A DNA stretch of 64,000 bases, taken from NCBI RefSeq assembly GCF_009834535.1, contig NC_045696.1, positions 20,090,001 through 20,154,000 on the forward strand, read 5' to 3'. This document shows, piece by piece, positions 23,831-37,893 of the stretch. Numbering within the stretch: position 1 is the stretch's first letter; each line of letters opens with the position of its first letter. The stretch is from Camelus ferus. Lineage: Eukaryota. Below the pieces are notes generated by a model, which ran no database searches, had not been told where the DNA came from, and was given only the letters and a program-made list of their open reading frames with translations. A program made the translations under genes and the position numbers.

Positions 23831-24129
23831 TATTTGCTTCGAGAGGACCTTCTGCCTTTCTCAAGGAATCTGGCGGCTAAAGGAATGATAACCTAAACAA
23901 TAGGATTACATCCACTGAGAATTTACTATTTGTACAGTCAGATGAGCCATTAATACTGATGGTTAATCTGTGTATTCCTTTTTTAATTTGTTTTTTTCCT
24001 TTCCAAGGCAGTTTTTAAACTGCTTTCACCTTCTTAAAGTATGATGCTAACATACCTGCCATAGTTTATAAATAACATCTACTAATATAGTAATTGGAAA
24101 TCCACAGATATGGTCTCTTATTCTTAAGA

Positions 24130-24900
24130 AGTTCACCAGTAAGACCTCTTCTTGTTCATTTGCTTATTTTTTCGGATTGATGTCTTAGCTTTTCCTCTTG
24201 CTTTCATGACCCAACTCTTCCTCTCTCCTTCTCTGGGGGACCGTGGTCTATCTTCACTATCCTTCTGTCTTGTACTTTTTAAATTAGGCATTGCCTCTTT
24301 CTTTCTTTCATGACTTTAGCCAAGAGTGTTCTACACCCTCTCTCTCTTCTCTTTGTCTCTAGTTGTTTTTGCTAAAATTCCACATATAACCCATTGAAAT
24401 CAGTGGCTTCTTTCTTATCTGATCCCATCTAAATCCTGGCACATTTGATATTGAAAAAAACTTTCTTTTTGAGTTCCACTTTCACATTTTGAAATATTTA
24501 CCTTAGATCCCTTTATGAATGATCAAAAGTCAAATAAAGTGCTGAAATATAAAACTGAACTTATTGCCTCTCATCCAGGAATTATTCATCATTTTATTGT
24601 CCCTATATTTCCAAGTGGTGTTAATAGTCACTCAAATATCTAAACTAAAAAGGTTAAGGTTGACATTGCTCCCCTGCATCTGTCATTCTCCGTAACACTT
24701 TCTGTGATTCTGCAGCTGAACTACTTCTGAGAACAACGGTCTATTTTCTAACCCCAAAGTACCTAATTTCTTCAGATTATGCATATCTCTCAGCTTTGAA
24801 GTAATTATTATTGACATTAAACCTCAAATTTTGTTTTTATAAGCTTCAAAATATAAATCTATTACATATTTGGTTTCAATTATTTGGTCATAAAACATCT
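24130..24900 (+). mobile_element. L2 LINE ORF2 remnant
   Basis: Pyrimidine-rich, with L2 motifs 'ctttcatgacccaactcttcctctctcctt' and 'aaaactgaacttattgcctctc'. Confidence 0.55.
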
Positions 24901-25946
24901 GATTTTTATTTTATTGATAGACACCTCACACATTCTCTTTCACGACTTCCTTCACTCTAAGAAAACTAGGGAAAAAAATCATAGTAATAGCTCTATGAAG
25001 TCACTTGAAAAAAAGCAATCATATACGCTTTTGTAATTAAATTATCTAATGTAATTTTAGAAATGAGCCATAAAAATGAAATATTCCTGGACACGCAGTC
25101 CATAATTACAAGAAAGATAATAAAATGCAGACTAAGAATTACATGTCACCTTAAGTGCTACATGTTTATTCTTCTCCAAAAGAAATGGATAAAATGGAAA
25201 GCTCATATATATATAAAAAAAATCACCTTGCCATTTAAAGATAGAATACCAAAATATGAATAGCATATCTAGTTACACATTTCTCTTGGAAAAAAAAAAG
25301 CCTCTAAAGAACTATTTCTTCATTGCCTCTAAGAAATGATAGGTTTAAATATCATAGTTGATATTTATATAGTCAAATTTCAGTAACTGATGATGCTTCT
25401 ACACAGTGAATAAATTAAATATGGAAAAGTTCCCCCTGTGAAATCCAATGTTCAAAGTACATATGGAGAAAAAAACTCAATTTTAATATATTGTACTAAT
25501 ATGCCTGATTGACTTGTCATAGAAATTATTACATTGCTTTTTATCATAAATGAGTAGAAAATTTTGCTCAAAAAGTATAAATTCATGTTAATACATCTTA
25601 TTGCAATGGTAAGCAGAGTTTCTTAAGAAATACACAAGATATAGAAGGCTTTTGAAGTTAAACTTGTTCTTTAAGTGACTTGTAATTACTTTTAACCTGT
25701 GCTAGTGAAGTAACACAGTTTTCGTTAGTTAAATAATTATATTGCCTTTTGAAATTTAGTGCATAGTTATTTCGCTCAAATATTCTTGATAAGGAAATTT
25801 CAAAGTAAGAAGAGCAAGAAAGGAGGATATTGAGTATAAAAGCTGAAGCATTTTAGACAAGGGGTTTCTTTCTTATCCTCTTTGAATTACATGACTTACA
25901 ATATAGTATTGGGTAGTGATTATGAGCAAAAAATCAGGCATCAGGT

Positions 25947-26361
25947 TGTTGGTCCCTGACTGTGGGAACAAAGAAACGAGCCTTGGGCCAGAAAGGTAAA
26001 CAAGTTATAAAAAGCTGCAGACTCAGAGGTGAGAAGGCTGGTTAGCCAAGGACGGGTAAGATCAACAGAGGGAGGCAACCTAAGACAGGCACAGCCACCT
26101 GAGTCCAAGAAGAATATTGTGAAGCAGCCGTTTCTCATACATTCTGCCCTGATAAGCTGTAAGGCTCGCTGGTGCCAACACAAACATGATTTACCAAAAC
26201 ATAAAGGGTCTTCTGACCTTGAGCCAGACGCTGCCTATTAACCATTTCCCTTGTCATTCTTCTTTGCTATATAAGACTGTGCAACTTAATAGAGCTTCAG
26301 AGTAGCCATCAGCTCTCTCCTCATATGGTGTGTATGTGTACATGGTGTCACGACACTGACA
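25947..26361 (+). mobile_element. ERVL-type solo LTR inserted in a MIR
   Basis: 'tgttggtccc'...'cactgaca'; perfect 5-bp TSD caggt (25942-25946 / 26362-26366); TATATAA at 26268-26274. Confidence 0.85.
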
Positions 26362-26366
26362 CAGGT

Positions 26367-26555
26367 CAAGTCCTTACTCATCTACTTACTCAGTGCCTGA
26401 TATATTAAAATTCTCTAAAGCTCAGCCTTTTTTCCATCTGTTAAATGAGGAAAATTGTAGAGCCAATGTAATAGTGGTTGTGACTCTTAAAATAAATAAT
26501 AAATAGAAATTAACTATCATTATAGAGGTGCTCAATAAATGTTAATCACCATACT
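26367..26555 (+). mobile_element. MIR SINE 3' part
   Basis: 'ctctaaagctcagcctttttccatctgttaaatgagg'...'gtgctcaataaatgttaat'. Confidence 0.7.
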
Positions 26556-27006
26556 ATTATAAGTTTATTATTATATATACTATGGAATTTCATCCTGGAT
26601 ATTCTCAAAATTGAGTATCTCAAAGAGCTAGAGGCATACTTAAATCAAAGTATTATGAATATTTAAAGTATTACGAATCTTATCTTAGATATTCACATCA
26701 GTCTTTCTTAGAGGAGATATTTGGAAATGGAAAGACCTGAATTCATATATATTATCCTTCCTTCCTACCTTCAAGTTATATTTTTTCCCAACTACAGAAG
26801 CTGGGCCATGCATCCATCTGGATGATGTATATTCGTTTCATCATCCTGAGAGGATGGAAGGAAAATGTACGGAGATTTCATGTCTAAGGGAAGGGCCAGA
26901 CAAACGCCTAAAGAGTGACGATGAAATCCCTAGAACAAGATCTAGATAACGTTAGGTCCAGCTAGCAGAGAGTTTGATCATAAGAGATGTTTGAAGTTAG
27001 GGAAAT

Positions 27007-27507
27007 TGTATTAGTCAGAGTATTCTGTTGAAATGGAACCAATAGGATACATGGATATATTAATAAATAAACAAACACACATGTGTATATGAGTATACTT
27101 ATTATGCCCATACTTGATGTAGTTATTATAAGGAACTGGATCATGTAATTGATTATGGATGCTAAGAAATCCCAAGAAATGTTGTTGCAAGCTCGAAATC
27201 CAGGAAAGCCAATGGCATAAGTCCCAGTTTAAGCCTGAACACAGGAGACAACAAACATCCCAACTAAAAGATAATTAGGCAGAGAAAACAAATTCTTCCC
27301 TACTCTACCTTTTATTCTATTCAAGCTGTCAAGTGATTGGATGATGCCCAACCCTAATTGGAGATGGCTATTTGCTTTACTCATTCTGCTGATTTGAATG
27401 TTAATCAAATCCAGAAACACCCTTACAGACACATCCAGAATAATGTTTAATTAGCTACCTGGGCACCTCATTTCTCAGTCAAGTTGACTAAAACTTTATT
27501 ATCCAGA
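27007..27507 (-). mobile_element. MLT2-like ERVL LTR
   Basis: 'tgtattagtcagag...gaaccaataggat', 'ttattataaggaactgg', 'ccagaaacacccttacagacacatccagaataatgttt', 'cagtcaagttgac'. Confidence 0.85.
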
Positions 27508-27754
27508 AGTCTACAATGACATCATGCAATATTGTTATTTCCTTTACTGTGAAACAGTATAAGAGTTTGCTGAAGAGTAGGCCACATTCTAACTGCACAG
27601 CAAGTTATGGAAATAGAAATGTGGGGAACAAGGAAAAGAATAGAATGACCTGGTTTCTTGTTCTAACGTGGTTATGGAGTTGAAATCATGACCACCACAT
27701 AGTTGTGTTTGAAGCTGAAGGTAACCATGAGCCATAGTGGCCTTATATGTGTGT

Positions 27755-27757
<3 letters not shown>

Positions 27758-27805
<48 letters not shown>
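27758..27805. repeat. (TACATA)8 hexanucleotide microsatellite
   Basis: Direct reading; source of the MYMYMY ORF. Confidence 0.9.
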
Positions 27806-27807
<2 letters not shown>

Positions 27808-27879
27808 TATCTGAAGTAATATAAAATAAAATAAATTGAATACTCATCTCAGAGGACCTTGTATTAGAGAAAGTTCAAT

Positions 27880-29900
27880 CTGTAGAAACAAATAATATGC
27901 ATGAAAAAAAAAATGGAGCTGCTGGGAAAAGGTGGACCATGACATAAATAAAAAAGCAATGCAGTTACTCAACACAATATCATATGACTTTCTGGAGTGA
28001 AACAATAAATTGCCTATAAAGGAAAGCTTATCAAAAAGGGAGAAAAAAAAACCCAAAAGTTCAGAGAACAGAATTCACATTTCCTTCATTGAAAGGTAGA
28101 AATCAGTGGGAATAGCTTCTAAAAGGTACTGAGAGAAAAGGACTACACAGGACCTCATGCCCACCAAAATATCAGTCACCTATCAGAGCTAAGGCATGAG
28201 TCAAGTCATGATATTTGAAGTTAAACAAGGATTTAAACAGCATAGAATCTGTAATCTACTTTGAAAAGCACATGAGAAATGATTCAAGTACCCTGCCAAG
28301 GAACAAGAACCCAGACTCAAACTCAGGAAGGATGAAGAATCAGTGGTGAGAAGTATATTAAATGTATATTAACCTAAGTGTTAACTATCTAGAGTCTTGA
28401 AACCAAAAAGTCATACTAAGGGATAATTATAATAATAATTACAAATAAAAACAGTAAATGATTTCAGCAAAACCCACAAGATGGAGAGTGAGAGTAAATA
28501 AAGCTTTTAGCGAGTTCTCATCGTGATTTTAGGGAGGAGGAATGGAATGAAAATAAAAAGAAGAGTGAGGCAAAACACACATTTTAAATTTTGGATTATA
28601 ATTTCTGTAAGGAGTAATTAGGGGAAATAGGTTTTGAAAGTATTAATGGGTTATCTGATTTTTTTTAAATTTTCTTTTCATATATAAAAAAAAATCTCTG
28701 ATGAGGAGAGCAGGGTAAGGAAAAATAGTAACCATTAATAAAATAAAAACTCAATATATTTTCTTAATGATTAAAGGAAAATAACAAAGCACATTTTTAT
28801 CAAACCAGAAAACACATGAGTTAAAGGAAAATAGAAAGAGAAGCAGCAATGTGGAAAAATTATTAAATGTAGAAAGCATAGAGAAAGTGATAAGAATCAG
28901 GTATATTAATTAATTATAAATAGTTGAAAATGGAATAAATTGTCTTTTTAAAAGACAGAGATTCAAAAAGCAAGTTTAAAAATAAAAATGTTATATTATT
29001 TCAATAAATACACTTAAGACAAAATATCTAAAAACTGATAAAATAGAGATATGAAAGGAGATACTAGGTAAATGCAAAATAAAAAGAAAAAACAATCGCA
29101 GTATTAATATGTCAAAATGGTAAAGTAAAATTATCAAAATAAAATGAAACATTTCACATGATAAAAGGCATTTTGTGAAAAATATAATTATAAATGCATA
29201 AAGTAATAAGAAATCAACAAAATACTTAATGTAATTATTAAAAATCCAAGAATAACTTAATTCAAATTCAATTTGATTATGAGATTTTTATGAATCATTC
29301 TCAAAATTGGGCAATGCTAGCATTAAAAAAGAAGTTAATTAATCACAATCTTGATTTCATAAGTATCTATAAAAAGTACATCTTTCAAAAATTTCTCTAT
29401 GTCCTTGAAACTTTTGTAGCAGTTTACCACAAAACAGCTTTATAAATTCAAAAAGGTAAAAGTTTTATAGGTAATAATCTTTGAATATCTTTCAATGAAG
29501 TTAAAAATACATCTTAAAAGGTCACAAAATCATCTTATCCACTTGGAAATTAAGATTGAAATAAGAGTGAATTAAAGATAAAAAGTGAAATTAATGAAAT
29601 AGAAAAAAAAGTTTGAATAAAGGTTTAAAAAAAAGCTAGTTCTGGGGGGAAAGTAAATTTTAAAAATTCTATCATAAGCTTAATGAAAAATGAGTGTGCA
29701 TGTATGGGAAGGATAGGAAATTGACAATATAATAAATGAGAAAGAAGATACAATCATGAATAGAGGAAAAATTGATAGAGAAATATATGCAAACAGCGCA
29801 TGCATCTCTCATGCAATGGATTTGAAAAACAATAGATAATGAAAGCTTCCTTACAAATTATAAAGCTTACATCTTAACAACTAGAAAAAAATAAATCAAA
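27880..29900 (+). mobile_element. Very old L1 (ORF1 to ORF2 endonuclease region), heavily decayed
   Basis: Strong A bias; 'taaaagacagagattc', 'ggtaaatgcaaaat...gcagtattaatatgtcaaaa', 'ccacttggaaattaag', 'aaatgagaaagaagatacaatc'. Confidence 0.65.
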
Positions 29901-30224
29901 ACAACAGAACAAGATGAATTGATTTTTTTCTACTTTTTATATAACCTATTATTTCAAGTCCATTGATAGTATTTTATTCCAATAAAATAGCAAGTATTCC
30001 CATTTATTTTGCAAAACCCCAAAACCTTTAAAACCAAGGTCTGAAAACCTTAGTTTAAAACTGTGGTTTTAAGTCAGTATGATATATGAATATAGTTGCA
30101 AGTATTTAATGTGTATTTCCTATTTCAGACACAGTGCTCAGTGAATGTCTTGTGTTTTGATAAAATCTATTCAGGGTTTGTGCCTTGAGGGTTTCACACA
30201 TGGCTAATGTGCTCTTTGCCCAGC

Positions 30225-30433
30225 TAGAGGGTTGGGTAACTACTGCCCATGGGCCAAGAGTCCACTGTCTGTTTACTGGAAAGCAGGTGTGCTCATTTGG
30301 TTATTGTATATTGTCTGTGACTGTATTTCTCCAGCAAGGACAGACTTGGGCAGTTGTAAGGGAGACTGTATGGCCTGTAAAGTTGAAAATATTTATTATA
30401 TGGCTTTTTACAGAGAAGTGTGTCCTTGGTCTA
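30225..30433 (+). mobile_element. MER58A-like hAT-Charlie MITE
   Basis: 'aactactgcccatgggccaa'...'gagactgtatggcctgtaaagttgaaaatatttattatatggctttttacagagaag'. Confidence 0.8.
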
Positions 30434-30469
30434 GGCTACTCTACCTCCAATTTTCTTAGCCAACTATTA

Positions 30470-30735
30470 CATTCTTTAGGTTTCATCTTGTATGTCACTT
30501 CTTCAGTTAGACTTTATATTGCTAACTAATTATGGTCTTTTTCCATATCAAAATGTGTAGTTTTTTATGAGTTTGTGTAATGTGTTCTCCCCTAACTGAC
30601 TGTATGCATCATTAGGGTTAGGAACCAATCTTGTTTGTTCACTACAGTTCACTATTTTGTTTCTGACATGACTCTTAGTAGTTACTCAATAAACATTTAT
30701 TGAATTAATCAATGGATAAAAGAATGAGTGAATGG
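30470..30735 (+). mobile_element. L2 3' end
   Basis: 'ctcccctaactgactgtatgc...tcttgtttgttcact'...'actcaataaacatttattgaattaat...gaatgagtgaatg'. Confidence 0.75.
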
Positions 30736-31034
30736 CTAAGCTAAAGCAGTACCTTTCCTTTGATAATTAGTTTAATCCAATTATTCATTTTTATTAATAT
30801 ACAAATACAGACAAATTGAAAACAAAAAAGTAAACTCATTCATGGCCCTATAATCAAAATTAATCAATTACCATTTATATATATTTACACACACACATAT
30901 ATTTATATACATGTAGATATACGTAAATACACATATCAAAACAAAGATAGTATCATACGCTACAATACTGTAGTGAATTTTGCTATTTTCTTACTGCCTT
31001 TAAAGTCACTTTGTACTTTAGCAGTATTTCCATT

Positions 31035-31420
31035 GTGTGAATCTCCATGAGATCATGGGTTTTGCCTCCCTACCATAGAATCCCAAAGCATCACACAATG
31101 CCCAGATGACTTGGACATGTGACCAAGACTGTGTATATTGGATGTTCACATCCAGAGATAGCAGCACCATGAGGTCAGTGGTGGTAAAACCAGTGGATCT
31201 ACAACAAGGTCACACAGCATCCCAGCCAATGTTTCTGTAAGGTGTCCTTAGATTTGCTTCTTACTGCTGAGCCACTCTTCCCATTAGCTTTTTTATCTTA
31301 GTTTCACTAAGATTTCCATCCTTTCTGTGATCTTTCTATTATCTTTCCAATGATGTTATTTTCTACTGAAGTTAGCTGGAATCCATTAATCTCATTTGCA
31401 GTACGATATTTAGACTGATA
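31035..31420 (+). mobile_element. Old ERVL LTR (LTR33-like)
   Basis: 'ggacatgtgaccaagactg' and 3' end 'ttttctactgaagttagctgga...ttgca...gactgata'. Confidence 0.5.
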
Positions 31421-32749
31421 ATATTATTTATTTATTTATTAATTCCTCTATCCAATTATATATCCACCATTTTTAAAGTGCATACTCGTGTGCCAGGCAC
31501 TGTAGTAGGTACCTGACATCTGTTCCCTGTAATTATATATAACACTAATGAATTTGATTTTGTTCCATTTGCTTGGGCAAGATTTCAGTTTGGGAATGTG
31601 TTTCCACCAATCAGGAGAACTACTTCTGAGAGTGACATAAAAGATTTTGTTGTAAATTTCTGGATGCTTGCCATTTCTGTGACACTACCTGATTTCATTA
31701 TTGCTAATTTGACAAAATAACTAGGCTTTTAAGCCAACTTTTCATTCATTATGGAAGCTTCTGACTTTCATCTTTGGTGTACTTAAGGAAAGTGAGAGTA
31801 ACATTTTTAGGAAGGAGGTTTGCTCCTGTCATGGTTGGTATTTTTGAGGGAAAATGTGCTTGGATTAAAAGCTAATGTGTACTGGAAGTCAATTAGAGGA
31901 CAAAGTATATAATCAAGATTTTTGGCAATAATAAAAAATACCAAATAGTTTCATAGTTACATGTCACTTACAGTACGAATCCTTAAAAACATCCTATCAA
32001 CTTACCCACAGTCACTTGGTCTAGAAGGTTTATGCCACAGGAATTGATTGTAACAAAAGAGATTTCTAATACTAGGAGTTAAAGAATTATCTTCTTGGGT
32101 CTTAAAATATTGTTTTAAAACAGAGAATCTTTTGATTTGCAGATCATATTTAGTTATCTATGATCAGGACACTGCTTTAAAAATTGGGGTAGTTAGAAAT
32201 GCAGCCTCAATAGCTCAAATTAAAAGCATAGTTGCAAAATGCACACTTCTTAGCATTTCGAGTGGTAACCTTAAATATGTTCATATTAGAAGACTGACCT
32301 TGCTGGAAAACATTATCACAGTACCACTTTCACTGGGAATCTTCCATTTCTCACTGGACATCTTCCTTGGACAACTGGCCAACCACGGGTCCAACATGTG
32401 TCTGGTGTTATCCACTCAACAGTGTGGTTTCCACTGCTGCTCTGCTGCTGTCAGCTGCAGAATTCTGGACTGTGTTTTTTTACTGGAATGAGGTGAACGC
32501 TTACACCCTACCAATCTGGGTAGCAGCAGCTTGCACTGAAACTAATATCTCTGTAGGGCCCGTTATTCACACTTTGGGCTTGCTGGTGAATAGGTGTCAT
32601 CAAATCTTCCAGTCTTTGCACCGCCCTTTCACTTGCCAAAACCAGAATTAACCAGCCACTTGAAAATCAACTTCTCTTGATGCTGCCCTACCAGGATTTC
32701 AAATGTACTCAGGAAAAATAAAACCGTATCAGGGATGCAATCCAGCCTC

Positions 32750-32905
32750 AGAATCCTGCTACACGTTCAGCAACTGTGCAGGGAACTGTTGTTACTGCCG
32801 TAATGTAAGTGAAGCACAGAGAAATACAGTGACTTCTTCAAAGTCACAGGGTTAATGTATATGATAGTCAGGTTTCATTATATCTGATCCAAAGGCTGAG
32901 CTCTG
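32750..32905 (-). mobile_element. MIR fragment
   Basis: 'tgaagcacagagaaatacagtgacttcttcaaagtcacag'...'tctgatccaaaggc'. Confidence 0.55.
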
Positions 32906-34059
32906 CATATCCTGTGACCCTTATCTATATTGTTATTAGTAGAGGTCTTTTTAATAGGTAAATTGGGTCCATTTTGGTGGAGGGGTTATGTGTGTTGGGT
33001 TGGGGATAGACTAATGTGATTCAGTGCAGGGGGAAATAAGAGTAATTTTTATCTGGCTGTTCCAAGGGGGAAATATATTTCATTCCTTATGTTTCAAGAA
33101 ATGTGTTCTTGCAAACTACAAAATGCAGACTGTATGTGAACGAGACTGTATGTGTGTTCCCACTTTCTTAATCTCCTTATTGGCATCGCAGTCTCGTAGA
33201 GGAAGGAATTAGGGCCTAGGTGGAAGTAGGGGCCAGGGATACGTGCTGAAATTGTGTTTGCATAACACACCCACTGCCTTTATGCTTTTGTGAGATTAAT
33301 ATTTTTCCTTCAATTGCACAGAAATAACTTAATCATAACTTAGTTTCATAGCATTCTCAATCACTTATTCATGTTTTAACTACTTCACCTATTTTTGAAA
33401 ATATTATTTTAAAAGCAGTGTATAAAACTGAATCTGAATCAACCATCCCAACACAATTAACATCAGTCTATGATCCCCACTGCCCTCCTCCATAAATTCT
33501 CTCTTTGCTTCCCTCTCAGAACAAGGAAATGCTTTTTTTTCCTTTTTAAACTCTTTTTCAATTATGTTGAATGTAACTTTAAAAATGGAAAGTTTTTCAA
33601 TATTTTTCTCTTAAATCTAACCATTTCAAATTAGTTTCTAATAGCTTCTAAAATCTTTCTGAAATTTAAACTAGTCTTGAAAATGTAATATCTTTCAAAA
33701 TGTTCTTATAAAATAGTTGGCATATATATGTTTTTGAAATTCAAGGTGATTTTACTGGCAGAGATAAAGACTGTGTGAGAGTCTAAAGTCTACCACACAT
33801 GACTAAGCCACCCCTTGGTAGCAACACTGTCACCCCAGTGTTAAATAGCATTTATATTGTCCCACCACTATCCCGCCAAGTCCTGCTATAAAACTTACTT
33901 CTTACTCTCTTTGGGGTGTAAGACTGTTTTCTGATTTAAATTTCCCACTTATTGAGGTAAAGAGTTTGGATATAGCGATTCCCACATGTGAATTGTTGTG
34001 TTTGAAGTAGTGTTTTTACAAAGTTGAATTAGTTGTCTACTTTTAAAATATGGTGAATT

Positions 34060-34330
34060 CACATTGAAACTGAAATTTCTAGCTTTGGAAGAATGTCAGA
34101 AGATCTAGCAATGCCGGGCTAGTTCTGTGATGGAATCAACTGGCTTGAGCTTGGAAGCAGTTGACATCTGTAGAAGGACAAGCACCCTTCAGTTCCCCAT
34201 TCACTCAACCCAACGCAAACCTGGGCTGATGTTGCTTGTTTGGTCCCTGTTTTCAATCCCTGAAGCACATCATATTAACGAATGCCTCTGTAATCACACT
34301 GCCTGGATTTCCAGCTTCAGACACTGGTGA
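34060..34330. mobile_element. Possible old hAT-Charlie (MER102-like) fragment
   Basis: 'tttctagctttggaagaatgtcagaagatctagcaatgccgggc' resembles a motif I recall from that family; weak. Confidence 0.35.
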
Positions 34331-35024
34331 TTTCAGCATTGCACTGCTAATTTTTTTAAGAGGAGTGGGATTGGAAATCACTTTGCAGGGGAGATATGTG
34401 AATTTGTACCTTCCTCTTAATACTTATTTTTACATTGTGAATGTTTAATAAAGATATCTGCTCTTTATTTTTCATAGGTGAATTACTGAGAATTCAGTAA
34501 TTTTTGGGGAAAAAAAACAAACTGTAAACATCAAAAGACAACACCAAGTTGTTATAAGAATAAAAATACAGCATGGTTTCAACTGCCTCTCTTCCATCAC
34601 TTCTAACTTAAGGAATTTGTAAGCTTGGACTCCAATCCTTGAGCCAGTTTGTGTCCAGATGTCAGGAACAACACATCTGAGTCAGGGTGTTCTCTCCCCC
34701 ATTGTCTGGGCTGTCCGTTGGTTGGACCTTTGCCTGCCTCATACCGATTATGCTCTCTAGCACAGGGCAAATCTAAATCAAGCTCCTTCAGGTGTTTCTG
34801 GGGGTTAGACATCCTTGACTTTGCAACCATGTGGTGCTACATTATCTTCTATGAACATCACAGTTTGTGGCCAGCATCACTCCAGGAAGTACAGAGTGTC
34901 TGTCTGAAAGTGAATCCTGGAGTGTTTCCAGTTCTTCTAAAAGGGCTGCTGGTGCTTTAGTCATAGCTGGCATTTCAAACTTTTTAATACAAGATGAAAA
35001 ATTCACTCTTCTGAAAATAGAGGT

Positions 35025-35145
35025 CATAATAAGACCAAACACTTTTAAGTACTTTCTATGTGCCAAGCACCATTATAAACAATTTCTAAGTCATGCATAT
35101 TTAGTTAATTCATACTACAACCCTTTGAAGTAGTTACTTTTAATT
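35025..35145 (-). mobile_element. MIR fragment
   Basis: 'taagtactttctatgtgccaagcacc'...'ttaattcatactacaaccctttgaagtag'. Confidence 0.6.
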
Positions 35146-35462
35146 GTTGTAGCTCTAGAAATTCTTACCCTTTCTGAATCTTGGTATACTAATCTGAAAA
35201 AATAACAAACTGAAATATTATTGTTGAGGACACAGAAATGCCATCATTCAAGAGGAAAAACACCCACTTAATATGCTTGTGTATGTGCAGGTTTTAAGCA
35301 CTTGACAATGTTATGGATCCGATAAATGTACTTGTGCTTAAAATGTAAGGATATGGTTTTCATTCTTCCATTGTTACAATCCACAACTCATATTATAAAC
35401 AAATCTCCTATGGACACTTGTTTAAATGGTGATGATGTGTGAGTACCTGTTGTCTACATAGG

Positions 35463-35892
35463 TGTTAACTTTAATAATGTAATAGCCAGTTATTTTGCCA
35501 GCAAAAGTGAGTTTATTCAAGAATAATCAGAGGAATCGCAGTTTGGGAGATGCATGCTATGGCGGACCACAGGCAAATCCAGAGAACGAGGAAGGGGAGC
35601 TTGGTTTTACACAACAGTAAAGGGTAGATTTGAGGGAGGAACCAAAGAGGACGCCAGGTGTCCAAGGTATGGAGACTTCTCACTGGTTGGACTGCTAGTC
35701 TCCGTCTGGCTGTCATAGGGTGGAAAGAAGTGTCTTTCTTTCTGCTTGAGAGTAGAGACATCTTCCTGTCAGAGACACAGGCTGTCTCTTCCTATTTGGA
35801 GCATCTGATGATGCATGGTGGGACATGAGAGCGCCCCCTACAGGCCTGTTCCCGCTCCACTTTCAGCTGAGGTTTCTTTAATTCATTTTACA
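35463..35892 (-). mobile_element. ERV1-type solo LTR (MER89-like)
   Basis: 'tgttaac'...'ttttaca'; flanks tagg / cagg; minus-strand AATAAA near 35513. Confidence 0.75.
35829..35846 (-). promoter_or_regulatory. Near-consensus CTCF motif inside an LTR
   Basis: Minus strand reads GGCCTGTAGGGGGCGCTC against core CCASYAGRKGGCRS (one mismatch); motif only, binding unknown. Confidence 0.5.
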
Positions 35893-37893
35893 CAGGCATT
35901 TGGTTGAGGAAAATGACGTCAGGGAAACTAATTCTAGTGCATTTTTCCTTTACCTTTTCAATTTTTTTTAATATCCTCACCCTCTTGTTGATAGGGTAAG
36001 TAGAAAATAACAAATTAGCCAAAACAACAGATACTAAGAGTTCTAGAGCTCAAGTGTGTTGCCTGCCATATAGGTTAGGAGATTTTCGTCTGTTGGACTC
36101 TATGGCTTTTGTCCAATGTTAAATACAGGGTGAGCTGTGGTTACCAAGCAGCTACTGTATTAAGATATTTGCCCACATGATTGGGTTGATTTTCCACTGC
36201 ATGTGGACAACTGCTGCTTCTCTCCTCAGCAGCAGCCGCTCCACTTTGTTCTCCTTAGAGCCCTCAGATAATTGCACACAACTCTTGAATAGCCCCATTT
36301 TCTCTCGGTGTTATTGCCCAATTTACTTTTTAACAGACTCATATCATTGCTGCCCCAAAAGATGTGCTATATACTAGCAGTGAAATCTCCCTGACAGAAA
36401 CATACATACAAGGAAGAAGTAAGCCACAAAAACTTCCTAGTTAATTGCTATTAAATGACTATAGGTTCACCCTATTGCTCCCTGACACTCTTATTAAACA
36501 GTGTAATAATATTACCAAGGGTTCTCATAAAGACTAAAAACCCCCCAGCTTGAATCATAGCATCTCTTACACAATTAATCATCTTAAAGATTCCTCTAGA
36601 TTTTTCTTGTAGGCTCAGTTACAGAACGTCCACCATTCTCTAGATAATACTGCAGAAAGAATTCATGCACAGTGCATAGAAAGGTATATTAAAATTCCAT
36701 GGCAGAGAAGAAAAAGGTGAATTTGGTAAGTAAATGTGACATTTAAAGTCCTTGTTATTATGGTTTTTAGAAACTCTATTATTTATGAACATTCATTTTC
36801 AGTTCTCAGAGGAAAAATGGCCCAGTTATTATTATGCTAGTTGAAGAAATTCTAGGGGTATGACAAGAAAATGGTTTGCTTTTAAAACTGCATGGATCTG
36901 TTATATTTTTAAGTGCTAACAGAACAAATATTTCATACAGTTTAAAAAATACGAGAATGAAATTCCTTTGGATTTTATTCTAGGGAAAAGAATATAAGAA
37001 TGAGGAACAGTTTATGTGGTACGTGGGCAGACCAAGGGGAGAGATTAGTAGATGGGTAAACTCAGAATAGTAGCATCGCTACTTGATAAACTGTCAGTTC
37101 TTACTTATGTATCATGTATTGACTAATCATATCACCAGAATTCATTCATAAAGGAATTTATTAATTCAAAGATTTCCCCCTTAGTTTTTCTGTTTTGCTT
37201 TACGGGGGGACTTTAATCTGCACACAATGAATGGATTTTACATACTTTTCTCATTTAATTTAGTGGGCATTAGTGTAATCAATTTACAGACTTAGAATAA
37301 GACACAAAGAACTTAATAACTTATCAAGGTGACAAAACTATTGATTCTGCAACAAATTGCAGGATCCTCACTGAAGACTGGCCACACTCAAAATCTGTAG
37401 TTCAGAACTTTAGAATTTTTATTATAGAATAGTATTCTATATTCTAGATAATAGTCTATATTCTACAATTATTTTAAGAATTATATTCTATATGTAATCT
37501 TGGATTAATTTTCTACTCATTTGCTACATTTTGAATGAGAATATAGAAGTCCAGGCCACTTATTCTAGGCATTTGTGTTGACAAAACTCACATCATATGT
37601 CATCCATAGAAACATTACCAGTTTTAAAGACAGAAGTATTACAGTTTTCAAGTGTTTAAATACTAACAGACACCCTTCTTATTTTGTTGTATGTATACAC
37701 ACATTAGTTAGAACAAACAAGAAATGCCACAGCCAGAGTCAGGCTGTGCTCGAACCTTCTCTTATTCAAAGAAGGGCCTCTAAATATTTCACTTCTAACC
37801 TCACAGGATGACTGTGATTTTATAGAATTGTGCTTTGAAATTTCAAGACTTATTTTAAGCATCTCTGGTGCTTATCCAAAATGTTCATTATGA

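Noticed and set aside
27589..27804. MYMYMY... ORF
   Set aside because: Translation of the (TACATA)n microsatellite
32132..32651. Overlapping 119-aa and 94-aa ORFs in a GC-richer patch
   Set aside because: Non-ATG starts, no recognisable protein or splice structure
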